This document shows positions 9,069 to 18,297 of a stretch of DNA of 64,000 nucleotides, piece by piece. The position numbers and the translations under genes are program-made. The stretch spans positions 38,466 to 102,465 of the forward strand of contig CALXMW010000003.1 of NCBI GenBank assembly GCA_944389585.1, given 5' to 3'. The number at the start of each line of letters is the position of its first letter. Position 1 is the stretch's first letter. This DNA is from an uncultured Kiritimatiellota bacterium. Its GTDB lineage: Bacteria > Verrucomicrobiota > Kiritimatiellia > RFP12 > DVOR01. Under the pieces are notes generated by a model. That model ran no database searches. It saw nothing but the letters and a program-made list of their open reading frames with translations, and was not told the origin of the DNA.

Positions 9069-10594
9069 TGGCACGCCTCACCCCCGAACAGCCGCCCGCT
9101 GGGCCCGCCAGCGAACGCCTCGTCTTCGAGGCGCTGCGCGACCGCCTCCCCGCGCCCTGGCGCGTCTGGCACGCCGTGGCCTACTCCGCCGCGCAGACCG
9201 GCGCCGAGGGCGAGGCCGACTTCGTGGCCGCGCACCCCGCGCGCGGCCTCCTGGTCATCGAGGTCAAGGGCGGGCGCGTCGCCTGCCGCGGCGGGCACTG
9301 GTTCCAGGACGGCCGGCGCCTGCGCGAGGCTCCCGCCCACCAGGCCACCCGCGCCGCCCATGCCCTCGTGCGCGCCCTTGCCGCGGCCCTCGGCGCGCCG
9401 CCCGCCTTCCCCGTGGCCCACGCCGTCTGGCTCACCGGCGCTGACCGCCCGCCGCGCGAGCCGCTCGACCTGGCCGGCCTGACGCTTTACGCCGACGACC
9501 TGGCCGCCCCCGAGCCCGCCCTGCTGCGCGCCCTCGCCGCCGCGGGCCGCGCGCCCGCGCCGGTGCCCTTGGGGGCGCTCGAGGCCCTCTTCTCGCCCAC
9601 GCTCGAGTTCCGCCCCGCCTGGGCGCGGCGCCGGGCCCTGCAGGACGCGCACATCGCGCGCCTCACCGAGGAGCAGGGCCGTGCGCTCGACGCCTTCGCG
9701 GCCTTCCCGCGCCTTCGGGTGCGCGGCTGCGCCGGCAGCGGCAAGACGCTTTTGGCCCTGCGCCAGGCGGCGATCTGGGCCCGCGAGGGGCGGCGCGTGC
9801 TGCTGCTGTGCTTCAACCTGCTGCTGGCCGAGCGCCTGCGGGCGCTGGTGGCCGACCTGCCGCAGGTGCGGGCCGTGGCCGTGAACGAGCTGCTGTGCGA
9901 GCTGTTGGGGCGGCGCGACGACGGCGACCCCGAGTTCTGGCACAAACTTCAGCGCGACGCGCTCCCGGCGGCGCGCGGCCTCGGCGCGCGGCGGGCCTAC
10001 GACGCGGTGATCGTGGACGAGGGGCAGGATTTCTCGCCGCCCCTGTGGGAGGCCGTGAAGGCCTTGGTGCCGGCGGACGCGCGCTTCCTGGTCTTCTACG
10101 ACCCGGCGCAGAACATCTTCCGGCGCGACCTTTCGGCCCTGCCGGAGTTCCCGTGGCCCGACGCCTGCCTCACCGTGAACTGCCGCAACACCCGCGGCGT
10201 CTTCGCGACGCTCGCGCCCTACGCGCCCGGCGACGCGCGCCCCAACCCCCGCGCCCCCGAGGGCGAGGCCACCGAGGTCTACCGCGCCGAAAGCCGCGCG
10301 GCGACGCGCGCCCGGCTGGGGGCCTTGCTCGCGCGCCTGGCGGCCGAGGGGGTGCCGCCGGAGGACATCCTGGTCATCGGGGCGCACGCCGAGCCGAAGA
10401 TGGGGCTGGGCGGCGTGCTCGCGGCGCACCCGGGCGTGCGGTATTACACGTACCGCAAGTTCAAGGGGCTTGAGGCGCCCGTGCTCATCGTGCTGGACGT
10501 GTGCGACGGCGACCCGTTGTGGGATCGCGCGGCGCGTTACACGGCCCTTTCGCGGGCCATCCACCGGCTTTTCGTCCTGGAGCTTGAGGGCTAG
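9068..10594 (+). CDS. NERD nuclease-related domain fused to an SF1 (UvrD-like) helicase ATPase
   Basis: NERD-like N-terminus (ERLVFEALRDRLPAPWRVWHAV...EADFVAAHPARGLLVIEVKGG). Walker A GCAGSGKT, Walker B VIVDEGQD, UvrD_C-like tail YRKFKGLEAPVLIVLD...RAARYTALSRAIHRLFV. ATG 9068 overlaps the pyrD TGA (TGATG). Confidence 0.75.
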   Translation: MARLTPEQPPAGPASERLVFEALRDRLPAPWRVWHAVAYSAAQTGAEGEADFVAAHPARGLLVIEVKGGRVACRGGHWFQDGRRLREAPAHQATRAAHALVRALAAALGAPPAFPVAHAVWLTGADRPPREPLDLAGLTLYADDLAAPEPALLRALAAAGRAPAPVPLGALEALFSPTLEFRPAWARRRALQDAHIARLTEEQGRALDAFAAFPRLRVRGCAGSGKTLLALRQAAIWAREGRRVLLLCFNLLLAERLRALVADLPQVRAVAVNELLCELLGRRDDGDPEFWHKLQRDALPAARGLGARRAYDAVIVDEGQDFSPPLWEAVKALVPADARFLVFYDPAQNIFRRDLSALPEFPWPDACLTVNCRNTRGVFATLAPYAPGDARPNPRAPEGEATEVYRAESRAATRARLGALLARLAAEGVPPEDILVIGAHAEPKMGLGGVLAAHPGVRYYTYRKFKGLEAPVLIVLDVCDGDPLWDRAARYTALSRAIHRLFVLELEG

Positions 10595-10696
10595 GCCCCG
10601 CGCTTTAACGTTTTTCTCATCTTTTTCTGACATCCTAACGAAGCGCTAACACTTTTCTGATAATTTTGGGGGCAATTCCAAAGGAAGGATGTATCC

Positions 10697-12157
10697 ATGG
10701 ACGACCGACAACTCTCCCTCGAAAGCCGGCTGTTGCAGTTGCGCGACGAGATCAAGGCCCTTGAGAAAGCCGAGCAGAAGCCGGAGGCGTTGCGCGCGAC
10801 GCTGCAGAAGCTCTTCGACGAGCGCGCGAAGTTGGAGACGGAGCTGATCAACCTGGTGGTCTCGCCGGAGAACAACACGCGCCAGGAGGCGTGGGGCGGC
10901 CTGCGCGAGGGGTTGCTGGCGGCGGTGCAGTCGCTGGAGGAGACGCTCCGGGGCACGCAGAAGAAGGCCGCCCAGAAGCCTGAGCGCAAGCGCGAGGGGG
11001 CGCTGTCGCGGGCGTTCGCGTGGGTGACGGCGCGGCCGTGGGCGTCGTGGACGGCGTGCCTGGCGCTGGTGTACGTGCTGTTGGTGGCGATGGCGGCGTT
11101 GGGGACGGGGTTCAACGGGCTCTTCGGGGGCGAGGCGCACGCGCGGGCCTTTTTCGAGACTTACGCGGGGAACCCGTTCGTGGGGCTGGTGGCGGGGCTG
11201 CTGGTGACCGCCATCATCCAGAGCAGCTCGGTGACGACGTCGGTGATCGTGGGGCTGTGCGTGGGCGGGCTGCCGATCCACGTGGCGATCCCGATGGTGA
11301 TGGGCGCGAACATCGGCACGTCGGTGACGAACACGCTGGTCTCGCTGGGGCACATCGGGCACCGGCGCGAGTTCCGGCGGGCCTTCGCGGCGGCGACGAT
11401 CCACGACTTCTTCAACATCACGGCGGTGGCGCTCTTCCTGCCCACGGAGATGGCGTTCCATTGGCTGGAGCGGCTCTCCGGGGCGGTCTCGGGGGCGCTG
11501 TACGGCACGGGCGGGTTCAACATGGACGCGATCAACTTCGTGGCGGCGGCGACGGCGCCGGCGGAATCCGCCCTGCATGGGCTCTTCCTGCGCATCCCCG
11601 GGGCGATGTGGGCCAACGCGCTGTACGTGGTCTTCGGGCTGATCCTGATCTTCGGTTCGATCCTGCTGTTGGGGCAGCTGCTGCGGATGCTCTTCACGGG
11701 GCGGGCGGAGCGGGTGTTCCGCACGGCGGTGGGGAAGAACCCGGTGGCGGCCATCGGCAGCGGCTTCGCCATCACGGCGCTGGTGCAGAGCAGCAGCACG
11801 ACCACGTCGCTGATCGTGCCGTTGGCGGGTGCGGGGCTGATGAAGCTGAAGCAGGCCTTTCCCTTCACGCTGGGGGCGAACATCGGCACGTGCGTGACGG
11901 CGCTGCTGGCGGCGCTGGCCTTCACCGGCGAGGGGGCCTCCTTTGGGCTGCAGATCGCGCTGGTGCACCTGCTCTTCAACACGTGCGGCGTCATCCTCAT
12001 CTACGGCCTGCCGCCCCTGCGGCGCGTGCCGCTGGTGTGCGCCAGCTCGCTCGCCAAGCTGGCCGCGGACTGCCGCCCGATGGCCGTGGCGTACATCGTC
12101 TGCGTCTTCTTCCTGTTGCCCATCGCCTGCCTGTGCCTCTACTCGTGGTTGAGGTGA
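10697..12157 (+). CDS. Na+/phosphate cotransporter family protein (NptA-like) with about 110-aa N-terminal coiled-coil extension
   Basis: Duplicated QSSSVTTSVIVGL and QSSSTTTSLIVPL motifs characteristic of Na/Pi-cotransporter II-related proteins. Multiple TM helices. AGGAAGGATG RBS. Confidence 0.78.
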   Translation: MDDRQLSLESRLLQLRDEIKALEKAEQKPEALRATLQKLFDERAKLETELINLVVSPENNTRQEAWGGLREGLLAAVQSLEETLRGTQKKAAQKPERKREGALSRAFAWVTARPWASWTACLALVYVLLVAMAALGTGFNGLFGGEAHARAFFETYAGNPFVGLVAGLLVTAIIQSSSVTTSVIVGLCVGGLPIHVAIPMVMGANIGTSVTNTLVSLGHIGHRREFRRAFAAATIHDFFNITAVALFLPTEMAFHWLERLSGAVSGALYGTGGFNMDAINFVAAATAPAESALHGLFLRIPGAMWANALYVVFGLILIFGSILLLGQLLRMLFTGRAERVFRTAVGKNPVAAIGSGFAITALVQSSSTTTSLIVPLAGAGLMKLKQAFPFTLGANIGTCVTALLAALAFTGEGASFGLQIALVHLLFNTCGVILIYGLPPLRRVPLVCASSLAKLAADCRPMAVAYIVCVFFLLPIACLCLYSWLR

Positions 12158-12202
12158 GCGCGCGGCGCGGCGGCGCTTCCCGGGGGCGGCCCTGCCGCCC
12201 CT

Positions 12203-12211
12203 TTGCTATAA
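12203..12211 (+). promoter_or_regulatory. Extended -10 element TGCTATAAT only 7 nt upstream of the ABC-F ATG (candidate leaderless transcript)
   Basis: Perfect TATAAT with TGn extension. Preceded by a GGGGCGGCCCTGCCGCCCC hairpin (end of the upstream unit). Confidence 0.35.
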
Positions 12212-12218
12212 TGCGCGC

Positions 12219-14153
12219 ATGATAGAGTTCCGGGACGTCAGCGTCAGGTATGGGCCCGAGGCCCTGTTCGAGCACGCCAGCTTCAAGATCAACGCGGGCG
12301 AGCGCGTGGGCATCGTGGGGCCCAACGGCTCGGGCAAGTCCACCCTCTTCAGGCTCATCCTGGGCGACCTCTCGCCCGACGCCGGCGAGGTGCTCCACGA
12401 GGGCAGCCCGCGCGTCGGCTTCGTCCGCCAGCACCTGGAGCCCACGTCGCCCGGGCAGACGCTCCTGCAGTATTGCCTCGAGGGCATCCCCGGCTTCGAG
12501 CGCACCGAGCGCGACATCGCGCGCCTGGAGGAGGCCCTCGCCACCGAGCGCGACCCCGCGGCCAAGGAGCGGCTCCTGCGCGCGCTGGGCGAGGCCAACA
12601 CCCGCTTCGAGCAGCTGGGCGGCTACACCCTCGAGGCGCGCGTCAAGGAATCCCTCGGCGGCCTGGGCTACGCCACGGAAGACTTCGGCCGGCCCTTCGC
12701 CGCCTTCTCCGGCGGCTGGCGGATGCGCGCCGAGCTCTCGCGCGTCCTGGCCTCCAAGCCCGAGCTCCTCCTCCTCGACGAACCCTCCAACTACCTCGAC
12801 CTGCCGGCCGTGGAATGGCTCCAGCGCTTCCTGCGCGGCTTCGAGGGCACCCTCGCGCTCATCTCGCACGACCGCTACCTGCTGCGCGCCATCACCAAGG
12901 TCACCGTCGAGGTCGACGGCGGCACGGTGACCCGCTACAACGGCCCGTTGGACCACTACCTCTCCGAACGCGAAACGCGCTACCGCCAGCTCCTCCAGGC
13001 CAAGGCCAACCAAGACCGCAAGCGCGAGCAGCTCGAGCGCTTCATCGAGCGCTTCCGCGCCCAGGCCACCAAGGCCGCCCAGGCCCAATCCCGCGAGAGA
13101 CAGCTCGAGAAACTCGAGGAAATCCGCCTTCCCGCCCGCTCCCGCGCCGCCGGCGCCCTCCGCCTGCCCAAGGCCCCCCACGCCGGCGCCGAGATCGTCC
13201 GCCTCGAAGGCGCCGCCTACACCTATCCCGGCGGCGAGCGCCCCATCTTCAGCGGCCTGGACCTGCGCGTCATGAACGGCGACAAAATCGCCATCGTCGG
13301 CTACAACGGCATGGGCAAGACCACCCTCCTGCGCGTCCTCGCCGGCGTCCGCCAACCCACCGCCGGCAAGGCCGTCTTCGGCTACCACGTCGTCCCCGGC
13401 TACCAAAGCCAAGACCTCGCCGAGACCATGGACCCCGACGCCACCGTCTTCGCCACCGCCAAGGCCGCCGCCGGCGCCCTCCCCGAAAAGGAACTCCGCG
13501 CCCGCCTCGGCAGCTTCGGCTTCGACGCCGACGACTGCGCCAAACCCGTCAAAGTCCTTTCCGGCGGCGAGAAGATCCGCCTCGCCTTCCTGCGCCTCTT
13601 CCTCAACCCGCCCAACCTCCTGCTCCTCGACGAGCCCACCACCCACCTCGACCTCGACGGCCGCGAACGCCTCCAACAGGCCGTCCGCGACTACGACGGC
13701 ACCGTCATCCTCGTCTCCCACGACGTCGAGTTCGTCCGCGGCACCGCCCAGAACATCCTCGAGATCTCCCGCCGCGGCATCCGCCGTTTCCACGGCGGCT
13801 ACGACTACTACCAGGAAAAGATCGCCGGCGAGCCCCCGCCCGACGCCCCCGCCGCCAAGCCCCAGGAACCCAAGGTCACCTCCAAAGACCTCCGCCGCCA
13901 ACGCGCCCAGGAACGCGCCGCCAAGGCCCCCGAGGTCAAACGCCTCCGCCGCCGCGTCGCCGAGGCCGAGGCCGCCATCGCCAAACTCGAGGCCGAGCAG
14001 GCCGAGCTCACCGCCTCCCTCGGCGACGGCACGCTCGACGCCCAAGGCCTCGCCGACGCCGGGCGCCGCCTCCGCGCCATCCAGTTCGACCTCGCCAAGC
14101 TGACCCTCGACTGGGAGGCCGCCGCCACCGCCCTCGAGGCCCTCGGCGGCTAA
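12219..14153 (+). CDS. ABC-F family ATPase (tandem ABC domains, EttA/Uup-like) with C-terminal coiled-coil
   Basis: Two Walker A (GPNGSGKST, GYNGMGKTT), two ABC signatures (LSGGWRMR, LSGGEKIR), no TMD, 644 aa. Confidence 0.88.
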   Translation: MIEFRDVSVRYGPEALFEHASFKINAGERVGIVGPNGSGKSTLFRLILGDLSPDAGEVLHEGSPRVGFVRQHLEPTSPGQTLLQYCLEGIPGFERTERDIARLEEALATERDPAAKERLLRALGEANTRFEQLGGYTLEARVKESLGGLGYATEDFGRPFAAFSGGWRMRAELSRVLASKPELLLLDEPSNYLDLPAVEWLQRFLRGFEGTLALISHDRYLLRAITKVTVEVDGGTVTRYNGPLDHYLSERETRYRQLLQAKANQDRKREQLERFIERFRAQATKAAQAQSRERQLEKLEEIRLPARSRAAGALRLPKAPHAGAEIVRLEGAAYTYPGGERPIFSGLDLRVMNGDKIAIVGYNGMGKTTLLRVLAGVRQPTAGKAVFGYHVVPGYQSQDLAETMDPDATVFATAKAAAGALPEKELRARLGSFGFDADDCAKPVKVLSGGEKIRLAFLRLFLNPPNLLLLDEPTTHLDLDGRERLQQAVRDYDGTVILVSHDVEFVRGTAQNILEISRRGIRRFHGGYDYYQEKIAGEPPPDAPAAKPQEPKVTSKDLRRQRAQERAAKAPEVKRLRRRVAEAEAAIAKLEAEQAELTASLGDGTLDAQGLADAGRRLRAIQFDLAKLTLDWEAAATALEALGG

Positions 14154-15484
14154 GGCCCGGGCCGCTCGGCAAGGGCCTTGAAGAGGCCGGTGGCGGTGTA
14201 GAAGCGCACGCGCCCGATTTGGCGGCGCCTGAGGAAGCCGCGCGCCTCAAGGCCGTCGAGGTCGGCGCGGGCGGTGTTCGCCGAGACGTCGTGCCAGCGT
14301 TGGTGCTCGGCGGCGGTGTATTGGTAATTCGGGTGGCGCAGGGTGTGGCCGAGCAAATCCAGTTGGCGGGCGTTGAATTGGCCTTGGAGGGCCTTGCGCC
14401 AGGCGTCGGTCTGCCGGGCCTGCCCCTCGACGTAGGCGTTGAGGTCGCGCAGGCCGCGGGCGAAGACGCGCAGGTTCGCCAGGACGCAGTAGGTGGCGTC
14501 GAGATGGCAGCATTCCATGTCCACGTAGGCCTCGTCGTAGGCCTTTCGCGCTTGGCGCAACATCCGCGAGATGGAGACGTAGGGGGCCACCCAGTAGCCG
14601 TCGCGCAGGAGGCTCCAGTAGAAGAGGGCGCGGGCGGTGCGGCCATTGCCGTCGCGGAAGGGGTGCTCGTAGGCCAGGAGGGTGTGCAGGAGAATGGCCT
14701 TGAGCACGGGGTGCAGGAAGGTCTCCCGCGCCGCCTCGCCTTGGTTGGCGAAGGCCATCAGCGCGGCCATACGCGCGGGCAGGGCCGCGGCCGGCGGGGG
14801 TTGGTGGACGACCTCGCCGTCCCGGTCGCGCACGAGGACGTCGTCCGTCGTCCGGTAACGGCCCTGGGCGTCCTCGGGCAGGAGGCCTTCGGTAAGCGTG
14901 CGGTGGATCCGGAAGAGGAGGCCTTCAGCGAGCGGTTCCTTGCTCCAACCCTCGAGCGCGCGGATGGTGGCGTAGTTATTGGCGATCATCCGCTCACCGT
15001 CGTTCTGGGGCGGGCGGTTCGCCAGGAGCATCTCCTGGGCCGCCTGGCGGGTCGTGGCGGCGCCCTCCATCTGGCTGGAGGAGATGGCCTCCAACATCTG
15101 TTCGCGCTGGAGGTAGGTGCGCCGCAGTTCCGAGGCATCGTCGCGCCCACGCACGCCGTCCATGCGGATGGCCGCCGGCGCGTTGCGGTCGATTTCGTGC
15201 AGCAACCGCCGGATTTCGTCCGTCGTCGAGAGCAGGAAGGGCTGCCCGCCCGCGCCGACCAACGCCGGATCCACCACGCGCAGGTCGCGCGCCAGGCAGA
15301 GGATGGGCCACCAGACCTCGGCGGGGAGGCCTTCGGGCGCGGAGTAACGCGCCTTCCGCCACGGCAGGTAGGCGCGTTGGGCCTTGGCCGTGAGCAAGAG
15401 CCCCGGGAGCGTCGCCGCCCCCGGCCCTGCCAGCCATGCCAGAAAGGCGGCGTTGTTGAGTTCCGGCGCAACCGCCGCGCGCAT
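14150..15484 (-). CDS. Fic family protein (Fic/DOC fold) with C-terminal winged-helix-like segment
   Basis: Canonical Fic motif HPFRDGNGRTARAL. Start trimmed to ATG 15484 because AAGGAGG sits 8 nt upstream. Stops overlap with the convergent ABC-F gene. Confidence 0.8.
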   Translation of the reverse strand: MRAAVAPELNNAAFLAWLAGPGAATLPGLLLTAKAQRAYLPWRKARYSAPEGLPAEVWWPILCLARDLRVVDPALVGAGGQPFLLSTTDEIRRLLHEIDRNAPAAIRMDGVRGRDDASELRRTYLQREQMLEAISSSQMEGAATTRQAAQEMLLANRPPQNDGERMIANNYATIRALEGWSKEPLAEGLLFRIHRTLTEGLLPEDAQGRYRTTDDVLVRDRDGEVVHQPPPAAALPARMAALMAFANQGEAARETFLHPVLKAILLHTLLAYEHPFRDGNGRTARALFYWSLLRDGYWVAPYVSISRMLRQARKAYDEAYVDMECCHLDATYCVLANLRVFARGLRDLNAYVEGQARQTDAWRKALQGQFNARQLDLLGHTLRHPNYQYTAAEHQRWHDVSANTARADLDGLEARGFLRRRQIGRVRFYTATGLFKALAERPGP

Positions 15485-15508
15485 CGCTTTGCCCTCCTTT
15501 CGCCGCCT

Positions 15509-15537
15509 AGTATACAACACCTCGGGGCGGATTTCAA
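15509..15537 (-). promoter_or_regulatory. Sigma70-like promoter of the Fic gene (-35 TTGAAA, 17-nt spacer, -10 TATACT on minus strand)
   Basis: Read on the minus strand: TTGAAA-N17-TATACT, then about 25 nt to AAGGAGG and the ATG. Confidence 0.45.
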
Positions 15538-15563
15538 CGCAATTTTTTGGAAATTGCGTTGAA
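15533..15563. promoter_or_regulatory. Perfect 13-bp inverted repeat (TTCAACGCAATTT-N5-AAATTGCGTTGAA) overlapping the Fic -35: candidate operator
   Basis: Exact reverse-complement arms directly visible; overlaps the -35 hexamer. Confidence 0.5.
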
Positions 15564-15747
15564 GTGGGATAAAAGCGTGTTTTCTGATTGCGGTTCAGTG
15601 TGATGGAATTGCGCGGAAAAGTGCGCAGAAGGGTGGTTTTGGCCGCTCGGCGCAACTTTCGGCGCAAGCGTCCCGGCGCGTGCGGGGGCATGAAAAGGCC
15701 CTCCGGCGGTTGTCGAAGGGCCTTTGCGGGAAGCGCGGCGGGGCCGC

Positions 15748-16410
15748 TTAGGCCACGCGGCGGCGGAGCGCCACGCCGGCCACGCCCAACGCCAAGAGCG
15801 CCAGGGCGGTCGGCTCGGGGATGGGTTCGCCTTTGGCGGCGGCGTGGAGCTGCTCGTCCGTCCAGGCCACGCCTTCGTAGACGTCCACCTGCACGAGGTC
15901 GACCCCGGAGACGTGGGTGCCGATGGTCCAATTCGTCAGCTCATCGAACGTGATGGCCGCCGTGTTGGCGTAGATGGCGTCGTTGTCGTTGATGGCGACG
16001 CGGATGCCGTCTTCGGTCACGGAGAAGGCCACCCGCAGCGTCCCGTTGGTGGAGGTCAGGGTGGAGGAGAGATTGCCGTTGGTGCCGTTGGAGGCGTCCC
16101 GCTCGGTGTTGCCGTCTTTGTACTTCAGCAGCATCCTCTGGTTTTCGATGCGGAGGCGGAAGCCGTCGGAGCCATCGGCGTTGTTGGCCTCCAGGACGTT
16201 CCACCTGTTTCCCGTGTAGTTATTGACGTTGAGCGTCACCAACATCGAGAAGGTGGTGGAGGGGGAGACGGTGAGGGTGTCATTATAATCCGGGTTCGTC
16301 GTCGTGAGCGTACCCGCAGCGTCCGTCCAATTCATCGTCACGGCCGAGGCCGTCCCGATGCCAAAAACGCAGGCCATCAAGGCCGCAATCGCCAGTTTCT
16401 TTATGTTCAC
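15748..16410 (-). CDS. PEP-CTERM sorting-domain secreted protein
   Basis: C-terminus PIPEPTALALLALGVAGVALRRRVA (PEP motif + TM + basic tail). Signal-peptide-like NIKKLAIAALMACVFGIGTASA near the N-terminus. Probable GTG start near 16410 rather than the track ATG at 16461. Confidence 0.65.
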   Translation of the reverse strand: MNIKKLAIAALMACVFGIGTASAVTMNWTDAAGTLTTTNPDYNDTLTVSPSTTFSMLVTLNVNNYTGNRWNVLEANNADGSDGFRLRIENQRMLLKYKDGNTERDASNGTNGNLSSTLTSTNGTLRVAFSVTEDGIRVAINDNDAIYANTAAITFDELTNWTIGTHVSGVDLVQVDVYEGVAWTDEQLHAAAKGEPIPEPTALALLALGVAGVALRRRVA

Positions 16411-16461
16411 GTTCCTTTCCAGGGCGCCACTGGGCACCCTTGACGGCACATACAATAGCAA

Positions 16462-16790
16462 TTTCCCCCGTCAATATTAAAGACTTATTTTGTTTGTCGA
16501 AGCCGCAAGGGTGGGGCGCGGCCGTGTGCGGGTCTGCCCGCGCCGCACGAGTCTGCGCCAAGGAGAGGAGGCTGCGGTGGCCTTGGTCTGCACGCCCGTT
16601 GGGCGTGCTTTCAAGGCGCGGCGCGGACGTGCCGGGGGTGCAGGGAGACCTTTTCCCTGCCGGGGCGTGGGGGGCGCCCCACGCCCGCCAATCAATCCTC
16701 CAACCCGCCAATTACCCAATCCGCCCGTGAGCCCGAAGGGCGTAAGGGGCGGCGCGCCGCCCCCGCCAATCCGCTAATCGGCCAGGGCCG
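16462..16790. repeat. Weakly related member/fragment of the intergenic repeat family
   Basis: GGGGGTGCAGGGAGACCTTTTCCCTGCCGGGGCGTGGGGGGCGCCCCACGCC resembles the GCAGGGGGAAGCTCCCCCTGCCGGGG...GGCGCCCC module of the 32799-33780 and 47866-48600 elements. CAATCCTCCAACCCGCCAATTACCCAATCCGCC is octamer-like. Confidence 0.35.
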
Positions 16791-18237
16791 TCTTGGCGGT
16801 GCCGAGGCGGATGACGGCGACGGCGGCGAAGAAGGTGAAGACGCCGGCGATGGCGTAGGCGGTGCGGATGGGGAGGTCGAGGCCGTAGGGGCAGCCGGCG
16901 TGGGAGGGGTCGGACCAGAGGATGAAGCTGGTGACGACGAAGGTCATGAAGAGCCCGGGGATGAGGGTGTACCAGGGGGCGACGCCGCGGCGCATGAGCC
17001 AGACGGTGCAGACCATGAGGGTGCTGGCCGCGAGGGTTTGGTTGCCCCAGGCGAAGTATTTCCAGAGCCATTCGAAGCTTTCGGCGCTGAGGTTGCTCCA
17101 CCAGAGGAGGGCGCCGACGGCGGCGATGAGCGGCAGGCAGAGGCCCAGGCGCGCGGCGAAGCGGCGCTGGGGCACGTGCGTGAGCTCGGCCAGCGTCAGG
17201 CGCAGGCTGCGCAGGGCGGTGTCGCCGCTGGTGATGGCCAGGACGATGACCGAGAGGACGGTGACGGTGCCCATCCAGGAGCCGAGGAAGCGGCGGGTGC
17301 TTTCCATGAGCGCCTGGGTGGCGGGCTGGGCCATGAGCTCGGGCGAGAGGTTGTAGATGGCCATGCCGGCGCCGGCCCAGACCATGGCGATGACGCCTTC
17401 GGCGATCATCATGCCGTAGTAGGTGGCGCGGGCCTGGCGCTCGCTCTTCATCGTGCGCGCGACGATGGGCGACTGCGTGGCGTGGAAGCCAGAGAGGATG
17501 CCGCAGGCGATGGTGACGAAGAGGCAGGGGATGATGGGCTGGTCGTGGAACATCCCGGCCTTGAAGGCCTCGGTCTCGGTGAGGAGCCAGGGTTCGGAGA
17601 GGCCCCGCCAGACCAACGCGCCGAGCATCGCCAGCGAGCCGACGAGGAGCACCGCCCCGAAGAAGGGGTAGATGGCCCCGATGATCTTGTCCACCGGGAA
17701 GAGCGTCGCCACCACGTAGTAAAGGAAGATGAGGGCCACGAAGACCCAGAACCACGGCACGCCCGGCGCGGCGGGCGCGGCCAGCCCCGCGGCCAGGTTC
17801 GCCGGCACGTTGATGAAGACGGCCACCACCAGCAGCAGAAGGGCCATCAGGAAGACGGTGTAGGCCTGGGTATACCACTTGCCCAGCGCGCCCTCCGTCA
17901 GCACCGGCAGGTTCGCCCCCCGCGTCCGCACGCTCATGAAGCCCGAGACGCAATCGTGCACCGCCCCGCCGAAGACGCACCCCACCGGAATGATCCAGAA
18001 GCACTCCCAGCCGAACTTGATGCCGATGATCACGCCGATGACCGGCCCCACGCCGGCGATGTTCAGCAGCTGGATGAGCATGTTCTTCCACATCGGCAGC
18101 GGCACGTAGTCCACCCCGTCGGCCTGCGCGTAGCACGGCGTCGGCCGGTCGTCAGGCCGCAACAGCCGCTCGATGAAGCGCCCATACGTGAAGTAACCCA
18201 CAATCAACGCGACGATGCCGCCGATAAACCAAGCCAT
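16774..18237 (-). CDS. cstA: Carbon starvation protein A
   Basis: MAWFIGGIVALIVGYFTYGRFIERLL...CYAQADGVDYVPLPMWKNMLIQLLNIAGVGPVIGVIIGIKFGWE is a strong CstA N-terminus. It is the 3' third of the 1437-aa minus-strand track ORF; the rest of that ORF is shadow. Confidence 0.85.
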   Translation of the reverse strand: MAWFIGGIVALIVGYFTYGRFIERLLRPDDRPTPCYAQADGVDYVPLPMWKNMLIQLLNIAGVGPVIGVIIGIKFGWECFWIIPVGCVFGGAVHDCVSGFMSVRTRGANLPVLTEGALGKWYTQAYTVFLMALLLLVVAVFINVPANLAAGLAAPAAPGVPWFWVFVALIFLYYVVATLFPVDKIIGAIYPFFGAVLLVGSLAMLGALVWRGLSEPWLLTETEAFKAGMFHDQPIIPCLFVTIACGILSGFHATQSPIVARTMKSERQARATYYGMMIAEGVIAMVWAGAGMAIYNLSPELMAQPATQALMESTRRFLGSWMGTVTVLSVIVLAITSGDTALRSLRLTLAELTHVPQRRFAARLGLCLPLIAAVGALLWWSNLSAESFEWLWKYFAWGNQTLAASTLMVCTVWLMRRGVAPWYTLIPGLFMTFVVTSFILWSDPSHAGCPYGLDLPIRTAYAIAGVFTFFAAVAVIRLGTAKTALAD

Positions 18238-18297
18238 GGCCGTTCCTCTTGATAAAACGACGCAATAGTTTACCCCTCCGCCGCCAAAATCGCAAGC

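Noticed and set aside
7064-10633. Several 267-800-aa ORFs on both strands (7064-8224 -, 7338-8141 +, 7608-9074 -, 7679-9016 +, 8231-10633 -)
   Set aside because: Out-of-frame or antisense shadows of ribH, nusB, pyrD and the NERD-helicase. The real genes carry clear family motifs and RBSs.
10595-10696. Pho box upstream of the Na/Pi cotransporter
   Set aside because: Only a single CTGACAT-like heptamer and no properly spaced direct repeat. The AT-richer stretch is more likely a plain promoter.
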